Counted from the stretch's first letter, positions 1 through 15,342 are shown. The stretch: DNA of 64,000 nucleotides from Paragordius varius (GCA_964247055.1 OZ176051.1:6138001-6202000), one strand, 5' to 3'. The notes: a model not told the origin generated them from the sequence alone. Made by a program: numbers and translations.

Positions 1-542
1 CTTTGAAAAATTTTAGGTAAAAAAATAACCTCTTTTTGCAAACAGTGTTATGCAAATAAAATGTAAAATTGTAAAATAAACTATATCTTAAATTTTTTTG
101 CTGCCATTTTTTTATACAATATTTAGATCCCTAATGTAACAGGCAATTAAATGTATACTGCGGTTAAAAATGTAAATAATTAACTTTAAGAATCAGGCTA
201 TATTTTACTAACGAAAACTTGAAATATGTCTGTTTTCTTATCAGCTGTTTGTTTCAAACGTTTTTTTCCAGTTGTCCCAATATTAGACTCTAGAAGTCGC
301 AAAACTGCTAAACATTGTTGGATGATTCAATTTTATCTAAATGAATGACACTTTAGTTTAGAAAATTGTGCATATTTGGACAAAAAAACTTTTTTACTCT
401 TTTTAATAGTCTGGATTATAAAATTTCGACAAAGGTACAAATTATGCGCCCATTAAACTTTAATCAAATAAAATTCTTCCAAGGTCAAAAATTATCTTTT
501 TATTCTTCTACTATTCATAATAAAGTGTATTTTTTTAAAAAG

Positions 543-3500
543 GTTTCATTCTATTTCGACATCATAACTACGTGTAAATCTAGTTGGTTGTTGTGCGAAA
601 ATCGATTCGATAATAATAATTACGATAACACGTTCTTATCAATGAATGTTAGAAACTTTACAGATTATAACTGTACGAATACCGAAATGCATCTGCACAA
701 GCGTTATAGTTCAAATCGGCCAGATTTCGTAAGACTTAATTTATTTTATAAACATATTTCAACATACCGATAAAAATTTGAGAATTTATTCTTTATATAT
801 TATATGAAAATCATTTTAAAAATAATTTTTTCAACATTACATAATATAATTTTTGCAAAAGGTATTTATTAAGGCTTATCCCAAAAAATTGGATACTGGA
901 ACATAAATATTAAGCTTCGAGTGTCCACCTCAACCGCTACATTAAAATTGTATACTTGCGATACTAAAGCGTGATATATCCAGAGATGGCTCTCATAAGA
1001 ATTTAATCACCATCATTACAAAATTAAATATTTAATACAATAAAATTAAATTTAATGTAAAAAAAGTGTAATATTTTATCAAACTCTAATCCTAATTTAA
1101 TATAGTTAACTTTTTTTGTTTTATTTTACAACATTTTGAATTTTAATAATGATTGTTATGGCTGCAATCATAATAAGCGGTCAGAAAGCATAATGTTTAT
1201 TGACCGATTTATATACATTTCTTATTTGCATCACAATATTATATATAAACTTTATAAATCTTGAGAGAAGACAATAGCCAGGAAATGCGACCCATCATGT
1301 CAAAATTTTAAAAATTATTTTCACAAAAAGTGTGCACCATATAAAAATGCCCACATTATAGCAATTTAATTAGGTTAAGAATTTTGATGCAGCATTAGTA
1401 ATATTTCGCTTTAGATTGTTTTAACTTTTTAAGAAAATTTCGATAAAATGATTTGGCTTTAAAATTCCGATTTGAATTGTTCATGACATCTTAATTAAAA
1501 TCATAGCGAATTAGAAAACCTATATGCATGACTTATAAATAAATATTTAAAACAATAAAAAGAATACTTTTACCATAAGAATATTTACCCATACCTTTAA
1601 TAATCATATCGTTTTGGCTAGATATTTTGATTGTTGGTGGAAATAGTGTGATTTAGACTCTTGCACAGCTAAAGAACATTAACTTTTATTTAGTATATGA
1701 GGGAAAAATCGTATGCGTATTATATAAAATAGATATAGCACTAATTTTGTAGTGCACCAAATACTATTATATATAATATGCAAATATGCAGATATTTTAT
1801 ATGCAATATAACATTTTTAGCATGTACAAGCAAGTTTTTTTATTACTTAACAAGTTTAAGGGTTAAGGTATATCGATTAAAAGTTTGTCGTTTTGGAGAG
1901 TAAATGGAAGATTTTTGAATAATGAAAATGCAGATTGAACGCCATTTAAACAAATTGAAAATTAGCCAAAATGTTGATTGATGACCATAACTTTGTTAAT
2001 ATGGAATAAAGTCGAAATATGTATCTATACTCCTAATAACGATAAACTTAAAAAATATCCAAAGCACCAATGAAACAAATATGTTTTACATTGCTAAAAT
2101 TTATAGTCGTAATTCGTGTAATTTAACATGAACAAATTTAAGATGCTTGGCTATTTTTTATTATGTCAATTAAAATTTGGCTATCTAACCCCAGTCTATA
2201 ATTAAGTATATTTATAAAAAAACTACTGAAAGAATCAGCCCCAATAAATTTATTCTTAAAACTAGATAAATACGAAATATCTAAATATTTGAAAAAAAGT
2301 TCCATATTAAACTACTTAACGCTATTTTTATTTTCCATTTTGGCAAAATATCAAATATTTTAATTTCAAAGCTAACATTAAAGCTTTAAGAAAAGGTGGT
2401 TAGTATTTTTTTTTAATTTTGCTAGGTCACACATGTCATGTTGATAAATTTATACCTATAGATCTAAACTTAAAATTGGAAATATCAAGTGATTTGAATA
2501 AACAGTTTTATAGATTTTGGTTTTTATAGGTTAAATGACTGTAAATTTTGCTATGGTTTCAATTTATTCTATATTTAAATTTTTTAATTCTAAACAGGGG
2601 TGAGATATAAAACTACCCCATTTCATTGAATTGAAGGACTGAACTGAATGTGTTGCATCCAAGTGTTTATATGTAATAAAGTGTATGAAATAAATAACAT
2701 GTTCATATTTTTATAATTTTTTAATCAATTTTATTGTAATTTGTATTGGTTGTGAAGGCTTTGAAACTTGGCCCAGGGCTGACAATGATGATGAGAAAAT
2801 TGCGTAGTTGCGAAATTTAAGCACGCAGTTCAGAAAGTCCGGCGCCCTATACTATACCATCAATCGAAACAGTTTGGGTTTTTACCCTTTAATAAAATAG
2901 GAAAAAAAATATTTTTTTAACTTCAATTTATAGTAAATTTTAGCGACCAAAAATGTATTTGCAAAATTTTTTAAAGGGAGTTATATTTACACAATATGGT
3001 AAAATTTCCAGCGTTTTACTTATAATTATACAAATTATAGCAAAAATACCGGGAATCATTTGTTTTGCGCATTTGTTTTTTGCATTTATTTTTATATGGC
3101 TATTAATAAATTGAAATCCCCAAAACAAACCTAATTACGCATTTGATATATACAAGTAAAATCATAATGAATATACTTTTGTCCCAGCTTCGACTGCACA
3201 CAAAACACAATTTTGTTGGATATTATACGCTTGAGGTTTGGAAGAATGGAAATGCTTTCTACCACGTTGCAAACGAGATTGATTCAAACCGAACATTGAA
3301 CATTCTGTATGAATATAGTGAAATATCAGACTTAAGACAACAGTATAACACCTCCATAACGGGATATCTATCGTTTAGAAAGTGCACCAACCGAACTTCT
3401 GTTGACAAGAGTATAAAAATTTTACATCTTTTAAAACATTCGGTGTGCAATAAACTTCTTATTCTAAAAAAATATTTTTTCAAAAAGTCAATTCTGTTTC

Positions 3501-5728
3501 GTATGATTCTTAATATAAATTAAAAATTTTCTCATATTTTAAAATCTCTTCTCTAAAAAGTTCCGCTAAAAAATTTTCCACATCAAAAATTAATAAAGTC
3601 ATGATTAACTAAAAATTTTTTGAGGCAGCTTATTATATTCATTAACCAATTTCGATGACAATGTTTATTTAACAAACCATTTTAAAATTGGAAAATCATT
3701 TATGCTCATACAATTTCATAAATATTAAAAATTTATTATTTCTTATTTAAAGTTACATCATTTATAATTAAATTTTTAGCCAATTTTTTATTATACTCTT
3801 TTTTATATTTAAAATGCAGTACTGCTCTATTTGGAAGGATTGTGTTCTACACCCTTTGTCGATGGTCAAACGTATAATATTATATCCATATCACATAGTG
3901 TTAGGCCAAGACGGTTCAGAATATATCAGTAATTTTTTAAATTATATACAATTGTCATTTCCCAAATTTCTTATCATGTTATCAATTTTACTTTAATTAA
4001 TATAATAATATATAATTTTTAATAACCCCTTAAATGAACATTAATAATTTTATAGTTGTTTAATTTTTCAAGAGTCATGTATTTCTCATTGGTCTTTGAC
4101 ATTTAAAGTTGGTTAGCAGTTCATAACCTTATATTATTTCTTAACGTTTCCAATCATCGAAAAATGTCATATGTAAATTAAATTATTTTATCAACTACAG
4201 TCAGCACAAAAGTGGAAAAAGGGATTGTGCTAGAAAATACGAAAAAAATATTCCTTTATTGGTAAAAATTTCTCCATTTTATTGCTTTCATACCAAAAAG
4301 GGTGCCAAACATATTGTGAATATCAAAGGATTTCACATATATGCTTAAAAAATGACGGATTAAATATATTTTTTTTATTTTTTTATATGGTAATAATTAA
4401 TTTTATTTGAACATCTATCCATTTGACAAAATAGATCATGATTTAAATTTGGATTTGTTTTGCGAAAATGGATAAGTAAAACACATTTTTTCTTATAAGA
4501 GTTAATGGCATATACATAATCTTTTTTTTATAATATCTTAATTTAATTTCATCAACTTACATGAACCCAAATTCTAAAAATAAAATAAATTGTAAACAAA
4601 TTTTTTATAACAATTTTGTAGATAAATATCTTAAAAGGTAAAAAATCCACCAAAAACGAACTCGAGTTTTTTTTCAAGTTTAATATCCAAACATGATAAC
4701 AAAAACAAAGTGTAAATTGTACTTATTTCTAAGAGTAAACATTAACAATTTGTTGCAGAACGTAAACTCGTGTTACTAAATGATTTACTATGACAGAAAA
4801 CTTAAATATTTTAATTTCGTAACTTAATTTTACTACTCTTTAAACCATTTTTTATGAGGAGTTGGACATAAAATTCGAATGATTTATGTTAATAATATGT
4901 CATAAAATTCATATGATATTAATCGAATTCCCATCAGAACTTTTGAATAAGCAACGTTAAATGGTTAAGGCCCAATAATATATTATATTGAAAGTTTAAG
5001 GGTTAACTAGAAGGGTTTTATATGTTAAACATTTTACCTCTAATTTAATATGTTATATATAATATTTTCTGTATCTTTGTAAATTGCTGGATAAGGGAAT
5101 TTACCAAAGTTTATTTCATATCGAAAAAGTTCTATACATTTTCGGGATAAGGGGCATCGTATCTCTAAAAATATTATTTTTAGATGTATTTTATTTATAA
5201 ATCCAACGAACGAATTTATGAATAAATTAACATATTGATATCATCTATAAATTTGTATCACGGCGCATCAATTAATCACAAAATTCGGTAAATAATTCTA
5301 ATTAACTCTGCTTGCCACCGAGTTTTTCTAAAAATTAGAATGTTATACGATTTTCGATTATAAAAAGCATTTTTCTAGTGCCAAAAATTTGTATAAAAAG
5401 TAACTTCAATGATCACAGGGCGCTTAATCATTGGTAATATAAAATTAATAAAAGTATTATTTAGCAGCATCCATATTATCTTATAATTTATTTTGTTAAA
5501 GGTTATACATTACACATATTTTAACCGTATTTTAGCAATCTAGAGTTATACCATTACCAAAATTATGTTGTGATGTTTGTATCAGCTGACTTTAAGCATG
5601 TCATAGAGCCAAATCGAGAAGGATTTGAACTTTTGCCAAGAAGATTGGATGTTGTTCAATTTTCCTCCATTTCCGATGTATCCATTTTACACCTTAAAAA
5701 AGTTTAGATTACACAAATTTATGATTAT
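543..5728 (+). CDS. Candidate multi-exon extracellular glycoprotein, possibly divergent CUB-like (exons 543-728, 3188-3410, 3820-3928, 4201-4261, 5607-5728)
   Basis: Five AG/GT-bounded open segments with compatible splice phases (0,1,2,0). Peptides include LSMNVRNFTDYNCTN, NRT/NTS sequons and FCQEDWMLFNFPPFPMYP. No start or stop identified; family is by-eye inference. Confidence 0.4.
2580..2668 (-). mobile_element. Truncated left end of the TTAA-MITE family seen at 19228 and 45547
   Basis: Reverse complement ACACTTGGATGCAACAC...GTCCTTCAATTC...GGGGTAG matches the 5' end of the two full copies. Confidence 0.6.
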
Positions 5729-6331
5729 GTGAGCACCCTTCAAATTTTAATAATTAAATATTGTATCTTTTTTACTATGGTAAAAAGAGGGTAAGCAAAT
5801 ATTTGGTGGTTAAATATTGAAATGATATCTCTAAATTTGATATTAATTAATTGGGGTATAGGAGCTGTTAAGATCATTTGTATGTAAATATTATTTTTGG
5901 TCAAAAATTTAAATAATATTTTAAAGTGCCAAATCAACACATCATTTTGGAATTGTCGTATACCACAGGTAGATGATGTGCTTGGAAAAATCTAATACAT
6001 GTATTCTGTGTTCTACGTTTTTTATACTTAAAATGGGGAATCATATTGAAAATCATCAAAGTAAATTGCCATGATAAATTGCTATAATTTTGTAATGGAC
6101 AAAAAAATTTAATTAAATGAAATTACCTAACTTAACAATTAATTACATCAGCAAATTTTAGACAATTTGCTTTTTTGTAAAAACAGAATGAATAATTTTT
6201 GGTTTAAAATGGAGCCGAAACTTGGCTTCTAGTCTTTTTTGGCCTAGTAAGAGCTAGGCTATTTTTCTTGTATCTAAAATAATTTAGATGTATGCAATAA
6301 CCTTTGTTATTGTTGCATCAATAATAACGGT

Positions 6332-9300
6332 TGTTGTTGTTGAGCTTGTAGTCGGTTATCGACCATTAGCGATTTTGTAGGAAAACTGCCTTCATTCGGT
6401 TCTGTCGTGAGTTTTGATAGTTTTTGCAGTGACAATTTGGAAAGTATAAGATTTCGTCTACCCAGCGAATACGTCTGCGTCCTCTTCCTCTCTTACCATT
6501 TACTTTTCCTAACATAATACCTTTTCCAAAGAATTGCCCCAAATAATGTGTCTAACCAAATTTTTGTTTTATTATTTTACCCCGAAGCGTTGTTTGTGCG
6601 TTAATTTTATTTAAAATGTCGATATTCTTTATTTTATCCTTCCATGTTATACCAAGTATTTTTCTCCAGCAAAATATTTCAAACGCGTTTATTTTTTTTT
6701 CATCTTCACTTTTGATAGTCCAGATTTCACATCCGTATAACATGATAGGAAAGATTAATGTGTTTACTAGTCGGATTTTTGTTTTAAGGGTTATGTCATG
6801 AGATTTCCATAACTTGTAGTGTGAGGCTAGAGCGCATTTGGCGATAGCTATGCGTATTCTTATTTCTTCGGAACTGGAACTTAAGTTGTTGATAATGCTT
6901 CCAAGGTATGTGTATTCATTGACTACTTGAATTGTTTCGCCATTAATCCGAAGCGAGTCATAGGAATGAGGGGAGTTGATATGCAATATCTTAGTTTTGT
7001 TGAGGTTTAATGTAAGATTGTATTCTTTGAACACATTTATAAAACGGAGACTGTTTTCGAGGTTTGTTTGTGAATTTGCTAAGATAACCGTGTCGTCTGC
7101 GTAGTGGAGAGTCGTCAGAGTGTGACCCCCTACTTTTATTTCTGGCAGATTTAGATTCCTCATCATACATTCCAAATATATGTTGAACAACATGGGGGAT
7201 AAAATGCAGCCTTGACGCAGACCTATGTTCATTGGGCTCCAAGAGGTCGGACCATGCGGGGTGTTAAGTGATAGGTAGGAGTTGGAGTATATGGATTTAA
7301 TTAGTTTGATTATGATCGGAAAATCCCATTTGTTTAAGGGCCTTCCAGAGAATGCCATGTTGAACGGTATCGAAGGCTTTAGAGAAATCCACGAAACATA
7401 GGTGCAGCTCATTTTAGAATTCACAGTTTTTTACCATTATCCATCTAAGGATTGAGATCATGTCTCGGCATCCTCTTTTTTCTCTAAAGCCTGCCTGTGA
7501 CATTGATATTTCCGGTTTGACATATGTTTGTAGACGGTTTTGTATTATTTTTAAGAAAACTTTTGAGGCTTGATTGATCACTGCTATTGTACGGTAGTTT
7601 TCACATAGTTTAGGATCGCCCTTTTTGAATATAGGGACCACTAGTGGTTTGTTCCATTCCGTCGAGAATGTTGCCTCATTGAAGATATTTTAAAATATGG
7701 AAAGAATTAATTTTATGGGAATATGCCTTTGTAACTCGGTAGGGATATCATTGAATCTTTCTGCTTTGCCGGTTGATGAATGCTTCAGGGCCCATTCAAT
7801 TTCTTCTTTTAGTATAGGAGGGTCATAAGTTTGTTCAGAGTTCATGGCAGTTATATTTGATTATTTTGAGAATAAATTTTGGATGTATTCTTCCCAGAGT
7901 TTAATTACTCCTTTTTTATCGGTTAGAAGTTTTCCGTTTGAATGAGACATAGGACCTTTGTATATTTGTTTTTTGCGCGGTTGAATGTGTTTGAAATATA
8001 AAAGAAGTAGTTGTGATTAAGTTTAGCAGTTGGTTAGCGCAGATTGTATTATAAGAAGATTCTTTGTCGGTTATGCTTTTTTGTAGTTTATTATTAATAA
8101 TTTTGTACTCAAGGAGAATGCCCTTGGATTTTGCTACTCTTCTCTGTTCAATTGGGTCAATGCTTTGTTGTGATATGGTAAATTTTATGTTGTGGCAGGG
8201 GGTATATATTCTTTAGCTGTTTCGGTAGTAATTTTGTGAATAGTGGACCAAAGATCATCTGTGTTCAATGTTTCGTATTTTAGGGATTCAAATTTATTGT
8301 TAAGGATAAGAGTAAAATCGGCAGGTATAAGTTTGTAGTTAAATTTAGTTCTGGAAAAGTTTTTTTGCGGCTGGGGAAGTTGTAGCTTTATTTTGATCTT
8401 GGCCATTAATAGGTTATGATCTGAGTTGCAGGTAGCACCTGATGTTTTGAAATAAGTTTTTGTATTTTTGCATTCCCAATATGTAATCTATTTGATTCAT
8501 GTGTTTACGACACGGTGAAGCCCAGGTGTAGAGCCGTCTGTTAGGTTGTTTAAAAAACGAGTTCGCTATAAAGAGATTGTTTTGTTAGCAAAAATCAATT
8601 AGCCTTTCATCATGGGGGTTTTTGACTTTACCAAGGCTTTTTCCACCAGTGCCCTTGTCTGTTTTATCGTTAGCTATGATAGCGTTAAAATAGCCGATGA
8701 TGAAAGTTATGTCTTTCTTGAATGTTTCACAAAGAGCCATTTGTAATTCATTATAGAACTTTTCGCATTCGTCTTCGGGTGAGACACTCGTGGGAGCATA
8801 GATTTGATATATTGTTATAGCCTGGGGTCTGGTGTTGATTCGTAGGGATATAATACGATCGGAGATAGGTCTATATATATCAATATGTTTGGCAAGATTA
8901 TTCGATATTCCGCATCCATTTCGTTTGAGTTCCCCGCCAGAGTTATAAAACGAGTAATTGTCGTATATTTTGTGTGAGTTATGTTGCATATGAATCTCCG
9001 ACAGCCCTAACACATGGATGTTTTAAACGTTTCATCTCGCGAATTATTATATCCAATTTGTTATCTGAAGTGCCACGTGTGTTCCAGGTGGCCATATTTA
9101 TTTCTAAATTACGGGAGCTTATTTTAGAATTATTGCTTTCCATGTAGGAATTTAGTTTAATGGTGGTGTATTGAGATATAAGAATCAATAGAAAGAATCA
9201 GTATGATATGTCCACTGATGTTTAAGAATGGTTATTAGGGAATAAAATTGTCAATGGCAATTTTGGAGTTGTATGTTCTGTATAAATAATTCATGTGAGA

Positions 9301-9475
9301 TTATAATTCTGAGTGATAGAATTTCTTCCGGATAATAAAAGTGACAATAAATTGATGAAGATAATGAGATAAATTCCATTTATCACCGAATGTGAACAAG
9401 ATCTCCTATAAAAATAAAAGGTACACGCATCTCAGGAGTGAACATACCAAGTTCTCCGCGCCTGCAGCCGATAAG
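6332..9475 (-). mobile_element. Full-length RTE-clade non-LTR retrotransposon, frameshifted
   Basis: APE endonuclease fragments (8585-9188: ATWNTRG, GLSE, YAPT) and RT fragments (6552-7641: GLRQGCILSPMLFNIY, LHYADD). (CAA)n 3' tail near 6332-6342. 9-bp TSD AATAACGGT at 6323-6331 and 9476-9484. Confidence 0.92.
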
Positions 9476-10619
9476 AATAACGGTAGACAACAATTTTTTC
9501 TGCCACTTTAGTTTTTTGCATTTTCTATAATTTACTATCACTTTAACAGTAAATTTGTAAAAAAATTTTAAGAATTTTGTATGTTTTGATTATTAGTATG
9601 CGCCCTCTTTATTAAATTTTACGAAAAAATGTTTTTTTTTGATAATACACAACAAATGCCCATTCGTAAAATATCTTTGGAAAAGTCATAAAAACTCTAT
9701 AATATTCATACTAATATGTATAAAATCGATAGCTATCGATAGTTAATATTGGACATAGTAAGTGACAACCCGCGAAGCTCGAGCGATTTTCTTAATTAAT
9801 ATTATTTTTTAAATAATTAATGAAAATAGCCTAAACTTCATGTAAATGTCAATGAATATCTAAAAAAATACAAAAGATTTTTTTTTGTTTAAACAATTAT
9901 TCTTGCTTTTATGTCATTAAAAATAGCTTTAATTTTTTAAAAAAATATCTTTATATCAATATTAATCGTTTTTGGAAGGTTTATAATTTTAAGACTATAA
10001 ATTTAGTTTAAGGTATTTTTATCTTTTATAGGCATTATGTAATAAATTTACAGTCATAAATGTGCATTTGTTTATCCAGGTAAAATATTTAAAATATTAT
10101 TAAAAAGCAAACCAAAAGCTTTATTTAAAGATTTTTTCTAAATATGTACAAATGTAACCCTAATAGTTATATCAAAATAATTTATATGATTTTAAATGGG
10201 TATGTAAAAAATTATAAATTCAAAGGTTGATATTTTGACCATATAAAGCCAAATATTTTTTACAACAGATTTATTTAAATGACTAACCATTCGAAAGATA
10301 GAGTTTTTATGCTCTTTCGAAAAATTACATGGCTTTATTTGATTTTGTTTTCGGTTATAATGTTAAATCGGGGCCAATAAAACCTATTATTAAAAATTTT
10401 AAGGTGTTTAACCAATCATTTTCAGATATACTATTTATGTATTTTGATGATATTTTGAATTTACAAGAAAATAATCAATTATTCTTTAAAACTTTAAATG
10501 TGTTTTTCATTAGATGTTCGTAACTAAAAATAAATATTAATTAATGTTTTATTATTTTTAACATTGTACTGCCTGATGCTTTTTTGAACTCACTCATGAA
10601 TTCTATCCACCACTTTAGA

Positions 10620-12327
10620 TAATGTGACCAGATAGGCTGTTTTTCGCAGTACAGTACTGGGTTTTCAGGAAAAAACTGCGACTGTACAGCGCCCACTTTT
10701 GTACTGCTTTTTGAAAAAAATAATTTTTTATAAATATATATAGTTACCTTTTTTTTAAAAAAAAATTATTTTAGATTTTAAAATAACCCCATATTTGCGG
10801 TAAAATACTAAGATTGGCCTATTTTTAATTGGTTATTTTATTTCTGCCGAATTATACATAAAACTTAGGATTGCAGCCTTTCGCACAGTGGCGAAACAAT
10901 AAATTTCGGACTCCACACCGTAAGATTCAGGCTAATGGCTCTTTCACTCAGGGCTTCCGCAATAAGAGGTGCCTCAAAATTTAAAATTATCAAAATAATT
11001 TATTATATTTTCATAAATGTTTGATAAAGTTTAGCTTTAGAAGGTTCATTTTTTGTTATAATTATCAAGAGGAAAATTATATAGAAAATTGTATTCCCGT
11101 AACATGTTATTTAAACTTTATTATAATGGCATGATTTCAAAATAACCTTTTTTCGTAATAAAAAATTAAGAGTTTTTTACGTTCTACACTCATTAGGTGG
11201 GAGGTGTGATACAGTAAATTTTAAATTATACGGAGAAAATGTAAAAATATAAAGACTTTTTTTTTCAAAAGACAGCCATACTTTTTTAACCTTAATTATT
11301 TTAAATATAACCCATTGTTTTCAGCTGTTTTATAAAATAAAGACGTATATTGGTAACACAATCAATTACATATTTTATTGTTATTTAATGTGGTTTAAAA
11401 AGTACGGTTGTCTTTTAAAAATTTTTTTAATATATTTACGTTTTCATATAATTTCAATTTTAACTGTGTTTCTCAATTTTTTTCCTAAACTTTAATTTTT
11501 ATTAGTTTTCTTATTTTTTTGCATAAGCAAATTTGAGATATTTTGTTGGAGCGTTCTTCAAGTTATTTTTGAAGCATAATGGAAACGGTATAACGCTTTA
11601 TAATAAAACCCTATTTCTAAATAATTCGATGATGTTGAACATTACTATAGGTTGAGAATTTTAATTTAAAGGTTTTTTCTTGCAAATTTTGGTGAATTTT
11701 TGTATAAAAAACACAATTTTTATTTTATATAAATTTGAAAACAAACGAATATAAAATTCTGAGTCAGAAAAATGTTTAGCATTTTCGAATTATATATAAA
11801 TGGTATAACATCTCAAACGTTCCATCACGAATATAATATGAAATATTAAATTTTGAATGTATGGATTTTTTTAAAAAAAATTATTTAATCGATATTAAAA
11901 TTTAGCATATATTTAAAATGATTGCAGATGTCGGAATTTTGCGCTTAGATTAAGGGAATAGTCTATTTAAAATAGCCAAAAATAAAACTTATAAAAATAT
12001 TATTGTGCTTTTTATATGTAGTTTATGTTATATTTTAGTGATATCTTTTGAAATAAAGCATTTAACTTTCACCATAAAATATATTTGGAAAAATCGCGCA
12101 CCTTTTGCAATTTTATTCAGAGCACCTACCACAAAAGTGTAAACTTTCTTTAATAACTCGTAAAAGTTAACAAAAAGCAACATGAGCCTGATATTTTCCT
12201 ATCAGAATATATATGTTTCATCAGGAAATTTTTTTAACTATGTAATATACCTCACCGATGATGTAAAACAGGCAAAGAATGTTTTAATTTTGTACTGCGT
12301 CAAAGTTTAAAATATCTGGTCACTTTA
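10620..12327. mobile_element. Non-autonomous hAT (Blackjack-like) element
   Basis: TIRs TAATGTGACCAGAT / ATCTGGTCACTTTA. Perfect 8-bp TSD ACTTTAGA (10612-10619, 12328-12335). No transposase ORF. Confidence 0.88.
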
Positions 12328-12854
12328 ACTTTAGAGCGAAAAAATCGCGGTTGTAGGAAAAAATGTCGAAATTATTACGCCATTTTTTGCAAATGAGAAC
12401 ATTTTAATATTTAAAATTATTTTAAATAAAATTATTTTAAACTTCATTATCTTTCATTTTTTGTAAACGATTACATAATGGGTTAAATTTATACCTACAG
12501 AGCATAATTTTTATATTTAAGTTGCTATATTTTTTATCAAACATTGTTTCGACTGTAATGATAAATAATTTATATGTAACAGTTTATTAACTTAGTTAGG
12601 AAAGCTAAATTGGAACAAACAGCTGTTTTTAAAGCAAATCAATATCAAGTTTGGATGATTAAATGTTACCTAAAAGCTTTTTTATAATTAATTATCTAAC
12701 CTTAATTTATATATTTGCTTCGTGTTACAACAAATCGACGAAAAAGTTTAAAATGAGGTTTTTTACAAATTTACATTTTTTAGGGATTTTTTCAAGTATG
12801 CGTCCTAAATGCTAAAGGGAGCATATTTTTAAATTCCAATACTTTTGTTATAAG

Positions 12855-14102
12855 ATATTCATATTTCAAATCCCTTTGGGGTATAATTACCCAAAAATTA
12901 GGCTAGCATTAATTTGGAATACATCAGACAACTCAATGCCGCCTGGAGTATCTAAGAACCTTGATAAAAAGTTTAGCCTTGTAAACGATATAAGCGTCTG
13001 CATGATTTTATATGCTGATTTTTTCACATTTTAAAATTTATATTTCTGATATGATGCACCAAAAAGCCTTAATGCATTAAATTACAATATAATTAATTTA
13101 TAGTTTTTCGTATTTTAAACAAATATATGAAATATTACTCTTACGAACGTATAAACCAAATATATTCAATACTATAAAATGATTTGCATAAACCCGAAAT
13201 TAAACATGAAGGAATGATATTTTAAAAAATAAAACTCGACAAAGAATAACTGTAGTATTTGAAAATTATTATTGCTGAATTTATTTTTTAGATTAATGTT
13301 ATAAATTATTAATATTTGTGGTTTTTTTTCAAGTTTCTGATCGGCGTACCACCAAGATTCACTGGAACCTGTACCCTTAAGCTTTTTGAAATGGACACCC
13401 ATAATTATATCAACATGACGCTTAGTAATATAGTAAGTTTTTATAAAAAAACAGAATTGTTTAATTTAAATTTGGTTTGTGTATAACCAGATATAAAGCA
13501 TAGATGGTTTTTTAGTATGAATTACAAAGAATAATAATAAAAACGGGTTTTAGTTATAATTATTATAAGCGACATTTTTATTCTCGTTGTAAATTGTAAC
13601 CATATTTTTGTAAAAAAAATGCCAATTCTTTAGTTTTAAAAAATTATAAAATTTGGTTCCGATTCCATTAATATATTTTGTATCAAATTCTTCCGGTTTA
13701 TTTTTTGTTGAGATCCCTAAACAAAAATTGTTAAAACTAAAGTGCCCTACTTTTCTAGGAATACCATAAAAAATTTTAATGCATATAAAAATAAAAGATT
13801 GATAAAGATATTAATTAGGGTTAGACCAAAACGGTTTCGATTTAGATATAGCTGGTTTTATATTTTTATTTCAGTTTAGCATAAGGCAAGGTATGGATGA
13901 TGTTTTGATATTTGAAGGCAATTATCCCAATCCAAGGAATTATTCGATTCCTCACGTATTGCTAGATTCCATTTGGTGTCCGAAAAGCGATACTCCAAAT
14001 TTAATCATACAATCATTGGAGGGAGCTGATGATTATAATTTTACCATTGTCAGATACATCCGTCATTGCCCAAAACCGAAAATCAATACATTGCAGTATT
14101 GA
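12855..14102 (+). CDS. Terminal exons of a CUB-like domain protein (12855-12980, 13334-13432, 13875-14102)
   Basis: Three phase-0 exons with AG/GT ends splice into one frame: ...FLIGVPPRFTGTCTLKLFEMDTHNYINMTLSNI|FSIRQGMDDVLIFEGNYP...HCPKPKINTLQY*. The spacing resembles the CUB core C-x-W/L...I-x-L-x-F...D-x-L-x-I-x-D/EG. Several NxS/T sequons. Confidence 0.6.
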
Positions 14103-14878
14103 TTGAAAAAGTCAACTGCTTGCTAAATTTAATGTTTAATGTGAAAATTTCCATTATATATTGATAATAAGTGCTAAATAATAAATTAGCTATCAAAACT
14201 AGGATTTATCATACAATATTCATAAAGACATTTATTTCACAGAGATTAACAATAATAGAGTAATTGCGATATAATAGGTTTTGCTTCTATGACTGACTGT
14301 AATAAATATCATAGACCCATAAATATGTTTATCAAATATTATAAAATTTATTGGGATTTTAAAAAATTAGCAATCAATTTTTAATAAATGAACGTTAAAT
14401 TGTTAAATTGCCAAACGTCCTAATGACATTTAAATGATTAATTCGATGTCCACTTTGTGCAATTCAGTTGGATTTCTTTCATCTGATTTGTATTGGTTGG
14501 TATTGCATCAAAAATATATATGCATTTTAAGTATCTAACTGTTTGATTATTCATAGTATCATCAATTTAATGTTTTGGTTTTCTAGACAGCGTAGGAAGA
14601 AAAATAGAGTTGTTAATGCATAAGCTAGAAAAGCAGAATAATCCCTCTTTATGAATTAATCAAACTAATTATCTTCCGATTTTGTAATAAAACTTTAAAA
14701 GGCGGCAGATGAATAATGGATTAGATTGATAATTTAATCTAATAAATCAAGCAACCAATGCCACAATTGATATCCATAAGGACAAATTTTCGTTTTTTAT
14801 TTCAAGAATCGCTAAGTTTAGGCATTCCTGATAATATTTATATATATCATATATATAATATATTTAATGGCCATATGT

Positions 14879-15114
14879 CAGAGGCGTAGCTAGGGGGGGG
14901 AAGGGGGCTTATTCACCGGGCGCAATAATTGAAGGGGCGCCGGATTTTATTTTTTTGATTTTATTCCATAAATAGGCATTTAAAAGTTATTATATTAAAT
15001 AATGCATAAAAAATTCAGTCATTTATGAGTGGTCATTTCCGCGGTTTGAAATTGATTCTTTTTTTAAATGCAAATGGACGGGAGGGAGCGCCAAAAATGC
15101 AAGCTACGCCTCTG
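14879..15114. mobile_element. hAT-type MITE (236 bp)
   Basis: 13-bp TIR CAGAGGCGTAGCT / AGCTACGCCTCTG. 8-bp TSD CCATATGT / CCATACGT. Confidence 0.85.
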
Positions 15115-15342
15115 CCATACGTTAAAATAATTTAAGATTGTGGTATTTTCTATATTAAAAATACCTAAAAGATGTATCTAAAATATATAATCACGTTTGA
15201 TACCTCACTAATGGATATTGGAAAAATGAAAAAACAAAGAAGATAGGAGTATTGCGATTGAGCAGCAAAAAAATGGTTATAAGGGAAACTAAAAAAGGAA
15301 AAAGAAAGAAAAGCACGGCTTAATGTATGTAGATGGTATACC

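Noticed and set aside
9400-9425. Splice-acceptor-like TTTTATTTTATAG|G in the 5' UTR of the first LINE
   Set aside because: Such tracts are common in AT-rich DNA, and there is no donor or trans-splicing evidence.
9765-9800. GC hairpin-like CCCGCGAAGCTCGAGCG (similar at 54410-54430) as Helitron 3' ends
   Set aside because: No CTAG terminus or matching 5' end could be found.
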